64,000 bases of DNA from the human T2T-CHM13v2.0 reference genome, Homo sapiens: NCBI RefSeq assembly GCF_009914755.1, contig NC_060944.1. One strand, given 5' to 3'. Within the stretch, counting starts at the first letter, position 1. Each line of letters begins with the position of its first letter. Of the stretch, positions 24,592-39,466 are shown in pieces. Under the pieces are notes generated by a model. The model did not search any database and was not told the DNA's origin. It saw nothing but the letters and a program-made list of their open reading frames with translations. Made by a program: the position numbers and the translations under genes.

Positions 24592-24802
24592 ATTATTATT
24601 ATACTTTAAGTTTTAGGGTACATGTGCACAATGTGCAGGTTAGTTACATATGTATACATGTGCCATGCTGGTGTGCTGCACCCATTAACTCGTCATTTAG
24701 CATTAGGTATATCTCCTAATGCTATCCTTCCCCACTCCTCCCACCCCACAACAGTCCCCAGAGTGTGATGTTCCCCTTCCTGTGTCCATGTGTTCTCATT
24801 GT

Positions 24803-28629
<3,827 letters not shown>

Positions 28630-28692
28630 TATGATGTTAGCTGGTTATTTTGCTCGTTAGTTGATGCAGTTTCTTCCTAGTCTCGATGGTCT

Positions 28693-29703
28693 TTACATTT
28701 CTGCATGATTTTGCAGTGGCTGGTACCAGTTTTTCCTTTCCATGTTTAGTGCTTCCTTCAGGAGCTCTTTTAGGGCAGGCCTGGTGGTGACAAAATCTCC
28801 CAGCATTTGCTTGTCTGTAAAGTATTTTATTTCTCCTTCACTTATGAAGCTTAGTTTGGCTGGATATGAAATTCTGGGTTGAAAATTCTTTTCTTTAAGA
28901 ATGTTGAATATTGGTCCCCACTCTCTTCTGTCTTGTAGTTTCTGCCGAGAGATCAGCTGTTAGTCTGATGGGCTTCCCTTTGTGGGTAACCTGACCTTTC
29001 TCTCTGGCTGCCCTTAACATTTTTGCCTTCATTTCAACTTTGGTGAATCTGACAATTATGTGTCTTGGAGTTGCTCTTCTCGAGCAGTATCTTTGTGGCA
29101 TTCTCTGTATTTCCTGAATCTGAATGTTGGCCTGCCTTGCTCGATTGGGGAAGTTCTGGATAGTATCCTGCAGAGTGTTTTCCAACTTGGTTCCATTCTC
29201 CCAGTCACTTTCAGGTACACCAATCAGACACAGATTTGGTCTTTTCACATAGTCCCATATTTCTTGGAGGCTTTGTTCGTTTCTTTTTATTCTTTTTCTC
29301 TAAACTTACCTTCTCACTTCATTTCATTCATTTGATCTTCCATCACTGATACCCTTTCTTCCAGTTGATCGCATTGGCTCCTGAGGCTTCTGCATTCTTC
29401 ACGTAGTTCTCGAGCCTTGGCTTTCAGCTCCATCAGCTCCTTTGAGCACTTCTCTGTATTGGTTATTCTAGTTATACATTAGTCTAAATTTTTTTCAAAG
29501 TTTTCAACTTCTTTGCCTTTGGTTTGAATTTCCTCCTGTAGCTTGGAGTAGTTTGATCATCTGAAGCTTTCTTCTCTCAACTCATCAAAGTCATTCTCCA
29601 TCCAGCTTTGTTCCATTGCTGGTGAGGAACTGTGTTCCTTCGGAGGAGGAGAGGTGCTCTGCTTTTTTGAGTTTCCAGTTTTTCTGCTCTGTTTTTTCCC
29701 CAT
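28693..29703 (-). pseudogene. L1 ORF1, disrupted
   Basis: ATG GGG AAA AAA CAG at 29703; only the fragment 28895-29248 is open (...RRATPRHIIVRFTKVEMK). Confidence 0.9.
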
Positions 29704-30286
29704 CTTTGTGGTTTTATCTACTTTTGGTCTTTGATGCTGGTGATGTACAGATGGGTTTTTGGTGTGGATGTCCTTTCTGTTTGTTAGTTTTCCTTCTAAC
29801 AGACAGGACCCTCAGCTGCAGGTCTGTTGGAGTTTGCTAGAAGTCCACTCCAGACCCTGTTTGCCTGGGTATCAGCAGTGGTGTCTGCAGAACCGCGGAT
29901 TTTTGTGAACTGTGAATGCTGCTGTCTGATCGTTCCTCTGGAAGTTTTGTCTCAGAGGAGTACCCGGCCACGTGAGGTGTCAGTCTGCCCCTACTGGGGG
30001 GTGCCTCCCAGTTAGGCTGCTCGGGGGTCAGGGGTCAGGGACCCACTTGAGGAGGCAGTCTGCCCGTTCTCAGATCTCCAGCTGCGTGCTGGGAGAACCA
30101 CTGCTCTCTTCAAAGCTGTCAGACATGGACATTTAAGTCTGCAGAGGTTACTGCTGTCTTTTTGTTTGTCTGTGCCCTGCCCCCAGAGGTGGAGCCTACA
30201 GAGGCAGGCAGGCCTCCTTGAGCTGTGGTGGGCTCCACCCAATTCGAGCTTCCTGGCTGCTTTGTTTACCTAAGGGAGCCTGGGCA

Positions 30287-30754
30287 ATGGCGGGCACCCC
30301 TCCCCCAGCCTCACTGCCGCCTTGCAGTTTGATCTCAGACTGCTGTGCTAGCAATCAGCGAGACTCCGTGGGCGTAGGACCCTCTGAGCCAGGTGCAGGA
30401 TGTAATCTCCTGGTGCGCCATTTCCTAAGCCAGTCGGAAAAGCACAGTATTCGGGTAGGAGTGACCCAATTTTCCAGGTGCTGTCTGTCACCCCTTTCCT
30501 TGAGTAGGAAAGGGAACTCCCTGACCCCTTGCACTTCCCAAGTGAGGCAATGCCTCGCCCTGCTTCGGCTCGCGAACAGAGCGCTGCACCCACTGTCCTG
30601 TGCCCACTGTCTGGCACTCCGTAGTGAGATGAACCCGGTACCTCAGATGGAAATGCAGAAATCACCCGTCTTCTGTGTCGCTCACTCTGGGAGCTGTAGA
30701 TCAGAGCTCTTCCTATTCAGCCATCTTGTGGAAACTCCTTCTCTTGCATTTTGA
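30287..30754 (+). CDS. L1 antisense ORF0-like frame, 155 aa (expression unknown)
   Basis: GCAATGG Kozak; MAGTPPPASLPPCSLISDCCASNQRDSVGVGPSEPG matches the recalled ORF0 N-terminus. Confidence 0.45.
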   Translation: MAGTPPPASLPPCSLISDCCASNQRDSVGVGPSEPGAGCNLLVRHFLSQSEKHSIRVGVTQFSRCCLSPLSLSRKGNSLTPCTSQVRQCLALLRLANRALHPLSCAHCLALRSEMNPVPQMEMQKSPVFCVAHSGSCRSELFLFSHLVETPSLAF

Positions 30755-31164
30755 ATTTTTTAATCTATTTTCTCCTTCTTTGCCTTACACAAGACATCAG
30801 TAATATGTAAATGAATGAATACATTCACAAATAACTTAAAGAGTTAAATTTGTAAACTTTATACAACTTGAAAATAAGTTTAGAGGGGAAAGGAATTCAC
30901 ATCAGCTTACTTTATAACAAAGGAGCAAAAGCAGGCAAAGTATAAAAGCATTATTTCTGGAGGTACTTTCAAAAATATGAACAGAAATACAAGCCACACC
31001 AAGTAATTTCTGTATAATGCCTCATAAAATTTTGGTATTTACTTAGAAGGCAGATGTAATGATGTCTAAATAAAAGAAAGTTGAATAGAAGGCAGAAAAG
31101 GTTATTCAAGATTCCAAGTCATTAATAGAACTCTATCTTTTATTGCCTTTTTCATAGAGTTCTA

Positions 31165-31611
31165 ATAATAGCAAATACATGGAATGAACCTAAATTCCCA
31201 TCAATGACAGACTGAATAAAGGAAATGTGATGCTGATACACAATGGAATATTATACAGCCATAAAAAAGAATTAAATCCTCTCTTTTGTGGGAACATGAA
31301 TGGAGCTGGAGGCTATCATCCTTAGCAAACTAACACAGGAACAGAAAACCAAATACCACATGTTCTCACTTATAGGTGGGAGCTAAATGATGAGAACTTA
31401 TGAACACAAATAAGGAAACAACAGATACTAGGGTCTACTTGAAAGGGGAGGGTGGGAGGAGGAAGAGGAGCAGAAAAATAACCATTGGGTACCAAGATTA
31501 TTATGTGGGTGATGTAAGAATATGCACAATAAACCCCCATGACACATGTTTATGTATGTAACAAACCTTCACATGTAACCCTAAACCTGAAATAAAAATT
31601 TTTAAGAAAGG
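31165..31611 (+). mobile_element. 3' end of an older L1PA (PA13-16 type); displaced tail of the element at 32085-38795
   Basis: aatagcaaatacatggaatgaacctaaa...acatgtaaccctaaacctgaaataaaa followed by the TSD copy aaaactttttg. Confidence 0.85.
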
Positions 31612-32084
31612 AAAACTTTTTGCCCTCCATTTGTCTATATCTTGTTTGTCAAAAGCAGAGCATATATCCTTATTAGGCAAGCAAAATTGGAAAGGGCCCA
31701 GTGTACAATCCTCGGAATATTTCTTAATCTTTCTGAGCCCCAATTTTCTTTATGTAGAGACTGTTGCATTAACCAGGATGGGCTGAGTTGTGCAGTCATA
31801 ACACAAAAACCTGAAATATCAGTGGCTTATGACAGCAACATAAAACTCCATTATTGTGACTGCTATTCTCACAGATTGATGCATGTGTGTTGGGGGCTCT
31901 GAACCATGTTGTGGTCACTCTGAGCCTCAGGCTGATGGCAGCAACACAGGGGCCAAGGCAGCAAGCACTGGCTCTGTCAAGAGCAATGGAAGGAAGACAT
32001 ATCACTTCTTTTTTTCTTTTGGTTATCTCCAAGCCTAACAGCTTTCCCTCTATTCATTTTGTCACTCATCTATTTAGCATTCTA

Positions 32085-33276
32085 AGATGTGCTCTTTGAG
32101 AAATTGCCATACTGCTTTCCACAATGGCTGAACTAATTTACACTCTCACCAACAGTGTATAAGTGTTCCCTTTTCTCTGCAACATCACCAGCATCTGTTA
32201 TTTTTTGACTTTTTAATAATAGCCATTCTGATTGGTGTGAGATGGTATCTGATTGTGGTTTTGATTTGCATTTCTCCAGTGATCAGTGATATTGACCTTT
32301 TTCTCACATGCTTGTTGGCTGCATGTATGTCTTCTTTTGAGAAGTGTCCATTTATGTCCTTTGCCCACTTTTTAATGGAGTTGTTTTTCTCTTGTAAATT
32401 TGTTTAAGTTCCTTATAAATGCTAGATATAAGACCTTTGTCAGATGCATAGTTTGCAAATATTTTCTCCCATTCTGTGGGTTGTCTGTTTACTCTGTTGA
32501 TAGTTTCTTTTGCTGTACAGAAGCTCTAGCTCTTAACTTTAATTAGATCCCATTTGTCAATTTTTGCTTTTGTTGCAGTTGCTTTTGGTGTTTTTGTTGT
32601 GAAATCTTTTCCCATTCCAAGTCCAGGATCATATTGCCTGGGCTGTCTTCCAGGTTTTTATAGTTTTAGGTTTTACATTTGAGTCTTTAGTCCATCTTAG
32701 TTAATTTTTGTATATGGTGTAAAGAAGGGGTCCAGCTTAAATCTTCAGATATGGCTAGCCAGTTTTTCAGCACCATTTGTTGAATAAGGAGTCTTTTCCC
32801 CATTGCTTGTTTTTGTCAGCTTTGTCAAAGATCAGATGGTCCTGGACGTGTCGCCTTTTTCTGGGCTGTCTATTCTACTCCATTGGTCTATGTACCTGTT
32901 TTTGCACCAGTACCATGCTGTTTTGTTCACTGTAGCCTTGTAGTATAGTTTGAAGTCAGGTAATGTGATTCTCTTAGCTTCGTTCTTTTGCTTAGATTTA
33001 CCTTGGCTATTCAGGCTCTTTTTTGGTTCCATATAAATTTTAAAATAATTTTTTCGTGTTCTGTGAATAATTTCATTGATAGTTTGATAGAAATAGCATT
33101 GAATCTGTAAATTGCCTAGAGCACTATAGCCATTTGAATAATATTGATTCTTCCTATCCATGAGCATATGACATTTTTTCCATTTGTTTGTGTCTTCTCT
33201 GATTTCTTTGAGCAGTGTTTTGTAATTTGCATTGTAGAGAATTGTCCCTAACCTCCCCAGTTAGCTGTATTTTTAG

Positions 33277-33311
<35 letters not shown>

Positions 33312-36300
33312 AATTGTGAATGGAACTGCCTTTCTGATTTGGCTCTCAGTTTGATTGTTGTTGGTATATAGGAATGCTAGTGATTTTTGTACATTGATTT
33401 TGTATTCTGTAACTTTGCTGATATGGTTTATCAGCTAAAGGAGCTTTTGGGCTGAAACAATGGGGTTTTCCAGATATAGAATATGTCATCTGCAAACAGA
33501 GAGAGTTTGACTTCCCCTTTTCCTATTTGGATGCTCTTTATTTCTTTCTCTTGCCTGATTTCTCTGACTAGGACTTCCAATACTATATTGAATAGAAGTG
33601 GTGAGAGAGGGCATTCTTGTATTGTACAAGTTTTCAGGGTGAATGCTTCCAGCTTTTGCCCATTCAGTATAATGCTAGTTGTGGGTTTGTCATAGAGGGA
33701 TCTTATTATTTTGAGATATGTCCAGTCAGTATCAAGTTTATTGAGAGTTTTTAACATGAAGAGATGTTGAAATTTATCAAAAGCCTTTTCTGCATCTGCC
33801 GAGATAATCATGTGGTTTTTGTCTTTAGTTCTGTGATACGAAGTGTCACATTTATTGGTCTTCATGTGTTGAACCAACTTTGCATCCCAGAGATGAAGCC
33901 TATGTGATCATGGTGGATTAGCTTTTTGATGTGTTATTTATTGGATTCAGCAGGCAAATATTTTGTTGAGGAGCTTTGCATCAATTTTCATCAAGGATAT
34001 TGGCCTGAAGTTTTTGTTGTTGTTGTATCTCCCCCAGGTTTCAGTATCAAGATGATGCTGGCCTCATAGAATGAATTGGGGAGAAGTCCCTCCTCCTAAA
34101 CTTTTTGGAATCAGTTCTGTAGGTATGGTACCAGCTCTTCTTTGTACATCTGGTAGAATTTGGCTGTGAATCTATCATGTCCTGGGATTTTTTTGTTGGT
34201 GGGCTATTTATTACTGATTCAGTTTTGGAGCACATTATTGGTCTGTTCAGGGAATCAATTTCTTCCTGGCTCAGTCTTGGGGGAGTGTACGTGTCCAGGA
34301 ATTTATCTATCTCTTCTAAATGTTTAAATTTGTGTGTGAAGAGGTGTTTGTAATAGTTTCTGATGGTTGTTTTTACTACTATGGGGTCAGAAGTAATGTT
34401 CCCTTCATCATTTCTAATTGTGTTCATTTGGATCTTATCTCTTTTCTTCTCAATTAGTCTAGCAAATGACCTTTCTATTTTATTAATTTTTTCAAAAAAC
34501 TAACTCCTGGATTTGTTGATCTTTTGAATGGTTTTTCATGTCTTGATTCCCTTCAGTTCAGCTCTGATTTTTGTTATTTCCTGTCTTCTGCTAGCTTCAG
34601 GGTTGATTTGTCCTTGCTTCTCTAATTCTTTCAGCTTGTGAAGTTAGGTTATTAATTTGAGATGTTTCTAACTTCTTGATAGGGGCATTTAGTGTTATGA
34701 ATTTCTCTTAGATGCCTTAGCTATGTCCCAGAAATTCTGGTATGTTGTATTATTATTCTTATTATTTTCAAAGAACTTGATTTCTGCCTTGATTTCATTT
34801 TATTTACCCAAAAGTCATTCAGGAGCATGTTGTTTAATTTCTATGTAATTGTATGGTTTTTAGTGATTTTCCTTGTGCTGACTTCTATTTTTATTGTGCC
34901 ATTTTCCAAGAGTGTGTTTGGTATTATTTCAGTTCTTTTACATTTTTTGAGGATAGTTTTATGTCCAATTATGTGGTGATTTTAGAATATGTGCCATGTG
35001 GCAATGAGAAGAATGTATATTCTGTTGTTTTGGGTGGATACTTCTGTAAAGGTCTATCAGATCCATTTTGTCGCATTCTGAGTTTAGGTCCTGAATATCT
35101 TCGTTAATTTTCTGCCTCAATGATCTGTCTAACACTGTCAATGGAGTGTTGAAGTCTCCCACTGTTATTGTTTGGGAGTCTATGTCTTTTTGCAGGTCTG
35201 TAAGAACTTGTTTTATGAATCTGGGTGCTCCTGTGTTGGGTGCATATATATTTAGGATAGTTAGGTCTTCTTGTTGAATTGAACCCTTTACCATTATGTA
35301 ATACCCTTCCTTTTTTTTTTAATCTTTGTTGGTTTAAAATCTGTTTTCTCTGAAATTAGGGTTGCAATCCTAATTTTTCTGTTTTTCTGTTTTCTGGTTT
35401 TCATTTGCTTGGTAGGTTTTTCTCCATCCTTTATTTTGTGCCTGTGAGTCCACGTTTGGATGGGTCTCTTGAAGACAGCATATCATTGGGTCTTGCCTTT
35501 TTTTGTGCCTTTTAAGTGGGACATTTAAACCATTTACATTAAAGGTTAGCATTGATGTGTGTGGATTTGACCCTGGCATTGTGCTGTTAGCTGGTTATGA
35601 TGTTGGCTTGCTTGTGTAGTTGATTTACAGTGACACTAGTCTGTGTGTGTAAGTGTGTTTTTGTACTAGCTGGTAGTGGTATTTCTATATTTAGCTCTTT
35701 TCATGATCTCTTGTAAGGCAGGTCTGGTTGTAACAAAGTCCCTCAACATTTGTTTATCTGAAAAGGATCTTATTTCTTGTTCACTTAGGAAGTTTAGTTT
35801 AGCTGGATTTAAAAGTTTTTGGTTGAAGATTTTTTTCTTTAAGAATGCTGCATATAAGTCCCCAATCTCTTCTGGCTTGTAGGATTTCAGCTGAGAGATT
35901 CACTGTTGGCCTGATGCAGATCCCTTTGTAGGTGACCTGTCCTTCCTCTCCAGCTTCCTTTAACTTTCTGTCTTTCATTTCAACCTTGGAAAATATGATG
36001 ATTATATGTCTTGGGGGCGATATTCTTACGTAGAATCTTGAAGGAGTTTTCTGTATTTCCTGAATTTGACTGTTGGCCTCTATAGCAAAGTTGGGGAATT
36101 TTTCATAGATGATATCCTGAAACATATTTTCCAAGTTGTTTGCTTTCTCCCCCTCCCTTTCAGGGATGCTAAAGATTCATAGATTTGACCTCTTTACAGA
36201 ATCCCATACTTCTAGGAGGATTTGTTTATTCCTTTTTATTCTTTTTTCTTTATTTTTGTCTGATTGTCTTATGTCAGAGAACCAGTCTTCAAATTCTGAG

Positions 36301-38795
36301 ACTCTTTCCTCAGTTTGGCTTATTCTGCTGTTAGTACTTGTGATTGCATTGTGAAAATCGTTGTGTTATTGTGTTATTAAGCTCCATCTTTTATACTGGC
36401 CATTTTGTCCTTCACCTCCTGTATCACTTTATTTTAATTCTTATTTTCCTTGGATTGGGTTTTGCAATGCTACTGAATCTCAATGATCTTTGTTTCTATC
36501 CATATTCTGAGTTCTATTTGTGTCATTTCAGCCAGTTTGGCCTGGTTAAGAACTCTTGTTGGCAAACTGGTGTAATTGTTTAGAGAATATATGACACTCT
36601 GGCCATTTGAGTTACTGGAGTTCTTGGATTGGTTCTTTCTCATCTTCATGTGTGGGTGTCCCTTTAACTGCAGTGTAGATTGAGTACAGTCAATAGACTT
36701 TGTTTAAATCAATGTTTTCACCAGATTGAGTCTTTGTGTAGGGTCTTTATTTAAAGTTGACTTCTTGTCTCTGGTTTCAGATGTGGGTATATTAGTGAGG
36801 TATTTTTGATGTTGAAGCTTTGGGGTGTGATCCAGTAGGTGACACTTAGGCTTATGGGTCAGTTGGTAGCCTCTTGCTCTGTTGTGTAGCTCCCTGTGTT
36901 TTCTCACAGTTGCAGCTGTGTTCCCTCTCAGTGCTCTGAAAGTGTGAGTTTCTCTCGCCCTTGAGTGCTGGCTATAGTTCATGACTTGGCACCCCAGGCT
37001 GCCCACTGCAGCTCTGTGGTGATCCCAGTGTTATGTTTTTTCCCCAGTTTAGAGGCAGCAGTGGAAGGGATCTTCGTAGTGGTTGTGGCCAAGAGTCATT
37101 TTGCTTGACTCCTGGGGGCTCCATCCCAGAGAGATGCAGGTCACCAATTGCTCCATGCAATCAGTCTAAGATGAAGGGTTGTGCTGTGGGCCCAAGCCAA
37201 GGTTCCCTGTCCAATGACGAACTATGAGGAGTGTGTGGGATCCCTGGAAGACAGACTGACCTCCTCTCCTTGGGTCTACTGAAGCTTGTTGGAGGTTAAG
37301 GCACTTAGGGTATTTGCTTATTCATTAGTGCAAAGGTGGCAAGGGCAGCGGCAGAGAGACTTTCAGTTGCCCCTGGAGGCTCTGTACATGGAATTGCTGA
37401 GTTGCTGCTGGCTTAATAGCCCTGGTGGGGCATGGCTGGAGGCCCAGGCCTGGAGGACCTGCCTGGTGAGGAGATATGGGAATGGACACCCACATAACAA
37501 TCTGGCCACTTTTCTGTAGGGCTGCTGTGGTATGCTTGGGCCCACTCCAGTCCCTAGTCACCTGGATTTTCCAGAACCTGGAGATGTCACCAGCGAAGGC
37601 TACAAAACAGCAAAGATGGCAGCATTTCCCTCCCTCTGGGAGTTTTGTCTCAGGGAAGTATGGACCTATTGCCAGCCCAAAGGCACCTGTAGAAAGTGGC
37701 TGGAGACCCCAGTTGGGAGGTCCTACCCAGTAAGAAGAAATGGGATTGGGACCCACTTAAAAAAGCAGTCTGACCATGTTTTGGCAGAATAGCTGTGCTA
37801 TTCTGGGGTCCACTTCAGCCCCTGGGCCACCTGAGACACTTCAAAGCCCAAAGGCTGGAATGGCTAAGTCACCCAAACAGCAAAGATGGCAGCACACTCC
37901 TCCCTCTGGGAGCACCATCCCAGGGGGAATTCGGATCTGTATTGGCTGGAGATCTCAGGTGGAACCGGGTGGAGGCTCTAGTTGGGAAGTCCTGCCCAGT
38001 GAAGAGAAACAGGATCAGGCACCTGCTTAAAGCAGCAGACTGGCCACATTTTAATAGAGCAGCTGGGCTGTGCTGAGGGATCCCTTCTTTCCAGGTCGGC
38101 TCAGACTTTCCAAAGTCTGAAGGCTGGAACAGCTAAGGTGGCCAAATAGCAAAGCTGGCAGCCTGCCCCTTCTCCCGGGAGCTCCTTCTTAGGGAGGTGC
38201 AATGCTGCTACTAGTAGCTGGTTGGACTTTCAAGACAGTGGGTCTTGTCTTGTGAGGTGCCATGGAAGTGGGGACCATGGGCTTTTGCTGCTCAGCCCCC
38301 TGGATTCAAACCATTTTTACGGTTACACAGAGTAGTCTATCCCACTTTGCTGGAGCTGCAGCTATTTTTGCTGGAAAGCCCAAGTATCTAAGACTCCAGG
38401 GTCTCCACACATGCCTGAGTGGCTGCTCTGCTGAAACTCCACACAGCTTTCTCTGGCAGACTGAAGACTGAAGGTCCTGGTGGAGTGGGTTTACAAGGAG
38501 ATCACCTGACATGAGGGTTGCTAAGACATATGGAGGAAGCATGGTTTCCTGATGTCAATCATGCACTCACCCCTTCCCTGGGCGGGTGGGGATCCCCTGG
38601 TTCTCTATTGCTTCCAGGTGGGCTGTTCTCTTGTCTTGCTTTTTTTAGTTTTCTGTGGGTCAAGTTGTTTCCTTGATTAATCCCAGTGAGTACTTGGATG
38701 TTTCAGTTGAAGATGTTATATTTATTCACCCCTTCTGTTTCTGCCCATAAGAGCCATGCACACTAGCTGCTTCTAGTTGGCCATCTTGCCACTCC
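32085..38795 (-). mobile_element. Older L1PA (PA13-16 type): long 5'UTR, ORF1 and ORF2 decayed, 3' end missing in situ
   Basis: ORF fragments 35799-36134 (ORF1) and 34959-35294, 34047-34427, 33431-33877 (ORF2); 5' terminus ggccatcttgccactcc. Confidence 0.9.
33279..33308. repeat. (GT)15 microsatellite within L1 ORF2
   Basis: Read directly. Confidence 0.9.
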
Positions 38796-38873
38796 CAAAA
38801 AGTTTTTATTATTTAATGTGTTGCACCAACCTAATATGTTATAATATTAACTTAGAACAGGAGAAAAAATAGG

Positions 38874-39016
38874 GGCCAGGCACAGTGGCTCATGCCTGTA
38901 ATCCCAGCACTTTAGGAGGCCGAGGTGGGCAGATCACAAGATCAGGAGATCGAGACCATCCTGGCTAACATGGTGAAACCCCATCTCTACTAAAAATACA
39001 AAAAAAATTAGCCAGG
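38874..39016 (+). mobile_element. Alu left arm (Y/Sc-like), 3'-truncated
   Basis: ggccaggcacagtggctc...gagaccatcctggctaac...aaaattagccagg, then the Alu sequence stops. Confidence 0.9.
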
Positions 39017-39039
39017 AATTTCCTATTTCAAATAAATGG

Positions 39040-39270
39040 CTTCTATGGGGATACAAAGGCCTGATTTTTTTGCCCCGATATGTTACCACTCTGAGGCCAT
39101 CCCCATTACAGAGCTCTCCATGGGCCTGGCTGTGGCCTCTGCTGAGCTGCACCCCTGCCTGACTTCTCCCTCTGCCCCGACCCACATCCCTGCCTCCCAG
39201 CACATGCCTCAGTGAGCCTCTTGCCTATGAATCTCCATCTGAGTCTGTTTCCAGGAACCCTAACCAAGAG
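39040..39270 (+). mobile_element. LTR16-like ERVL LTR 3' remnant
   Basis: aatctccatctgagtctgtttccaggaaccctaaccaaga resembles the recalled LTR16 terminus. Confidence 0.5.
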
Positions 39271-39444
39271 CTTGTGGAGTCAAGACCCACAGCACAGAAT
39301 ATCCTGCCTTTTTAACTACAGTGGGTGTTAGGTCTGTGAACGTTTTGAGGATGAGACAATTCCTGTCTGGAAGACTGGATATCTCCCCTTCTCAGGATTT
39401 GAGAGGTAGGATGTTCCAAATGTTCTCAGACCTGAGACCTGCTC

Positions 39445-39466
39445 AAAAAAAAAAAAAAAAAAAAAA
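39445..39466. repeat. (A)22 homopolymer
   Basis: Read directly. Confidence 0.95.
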
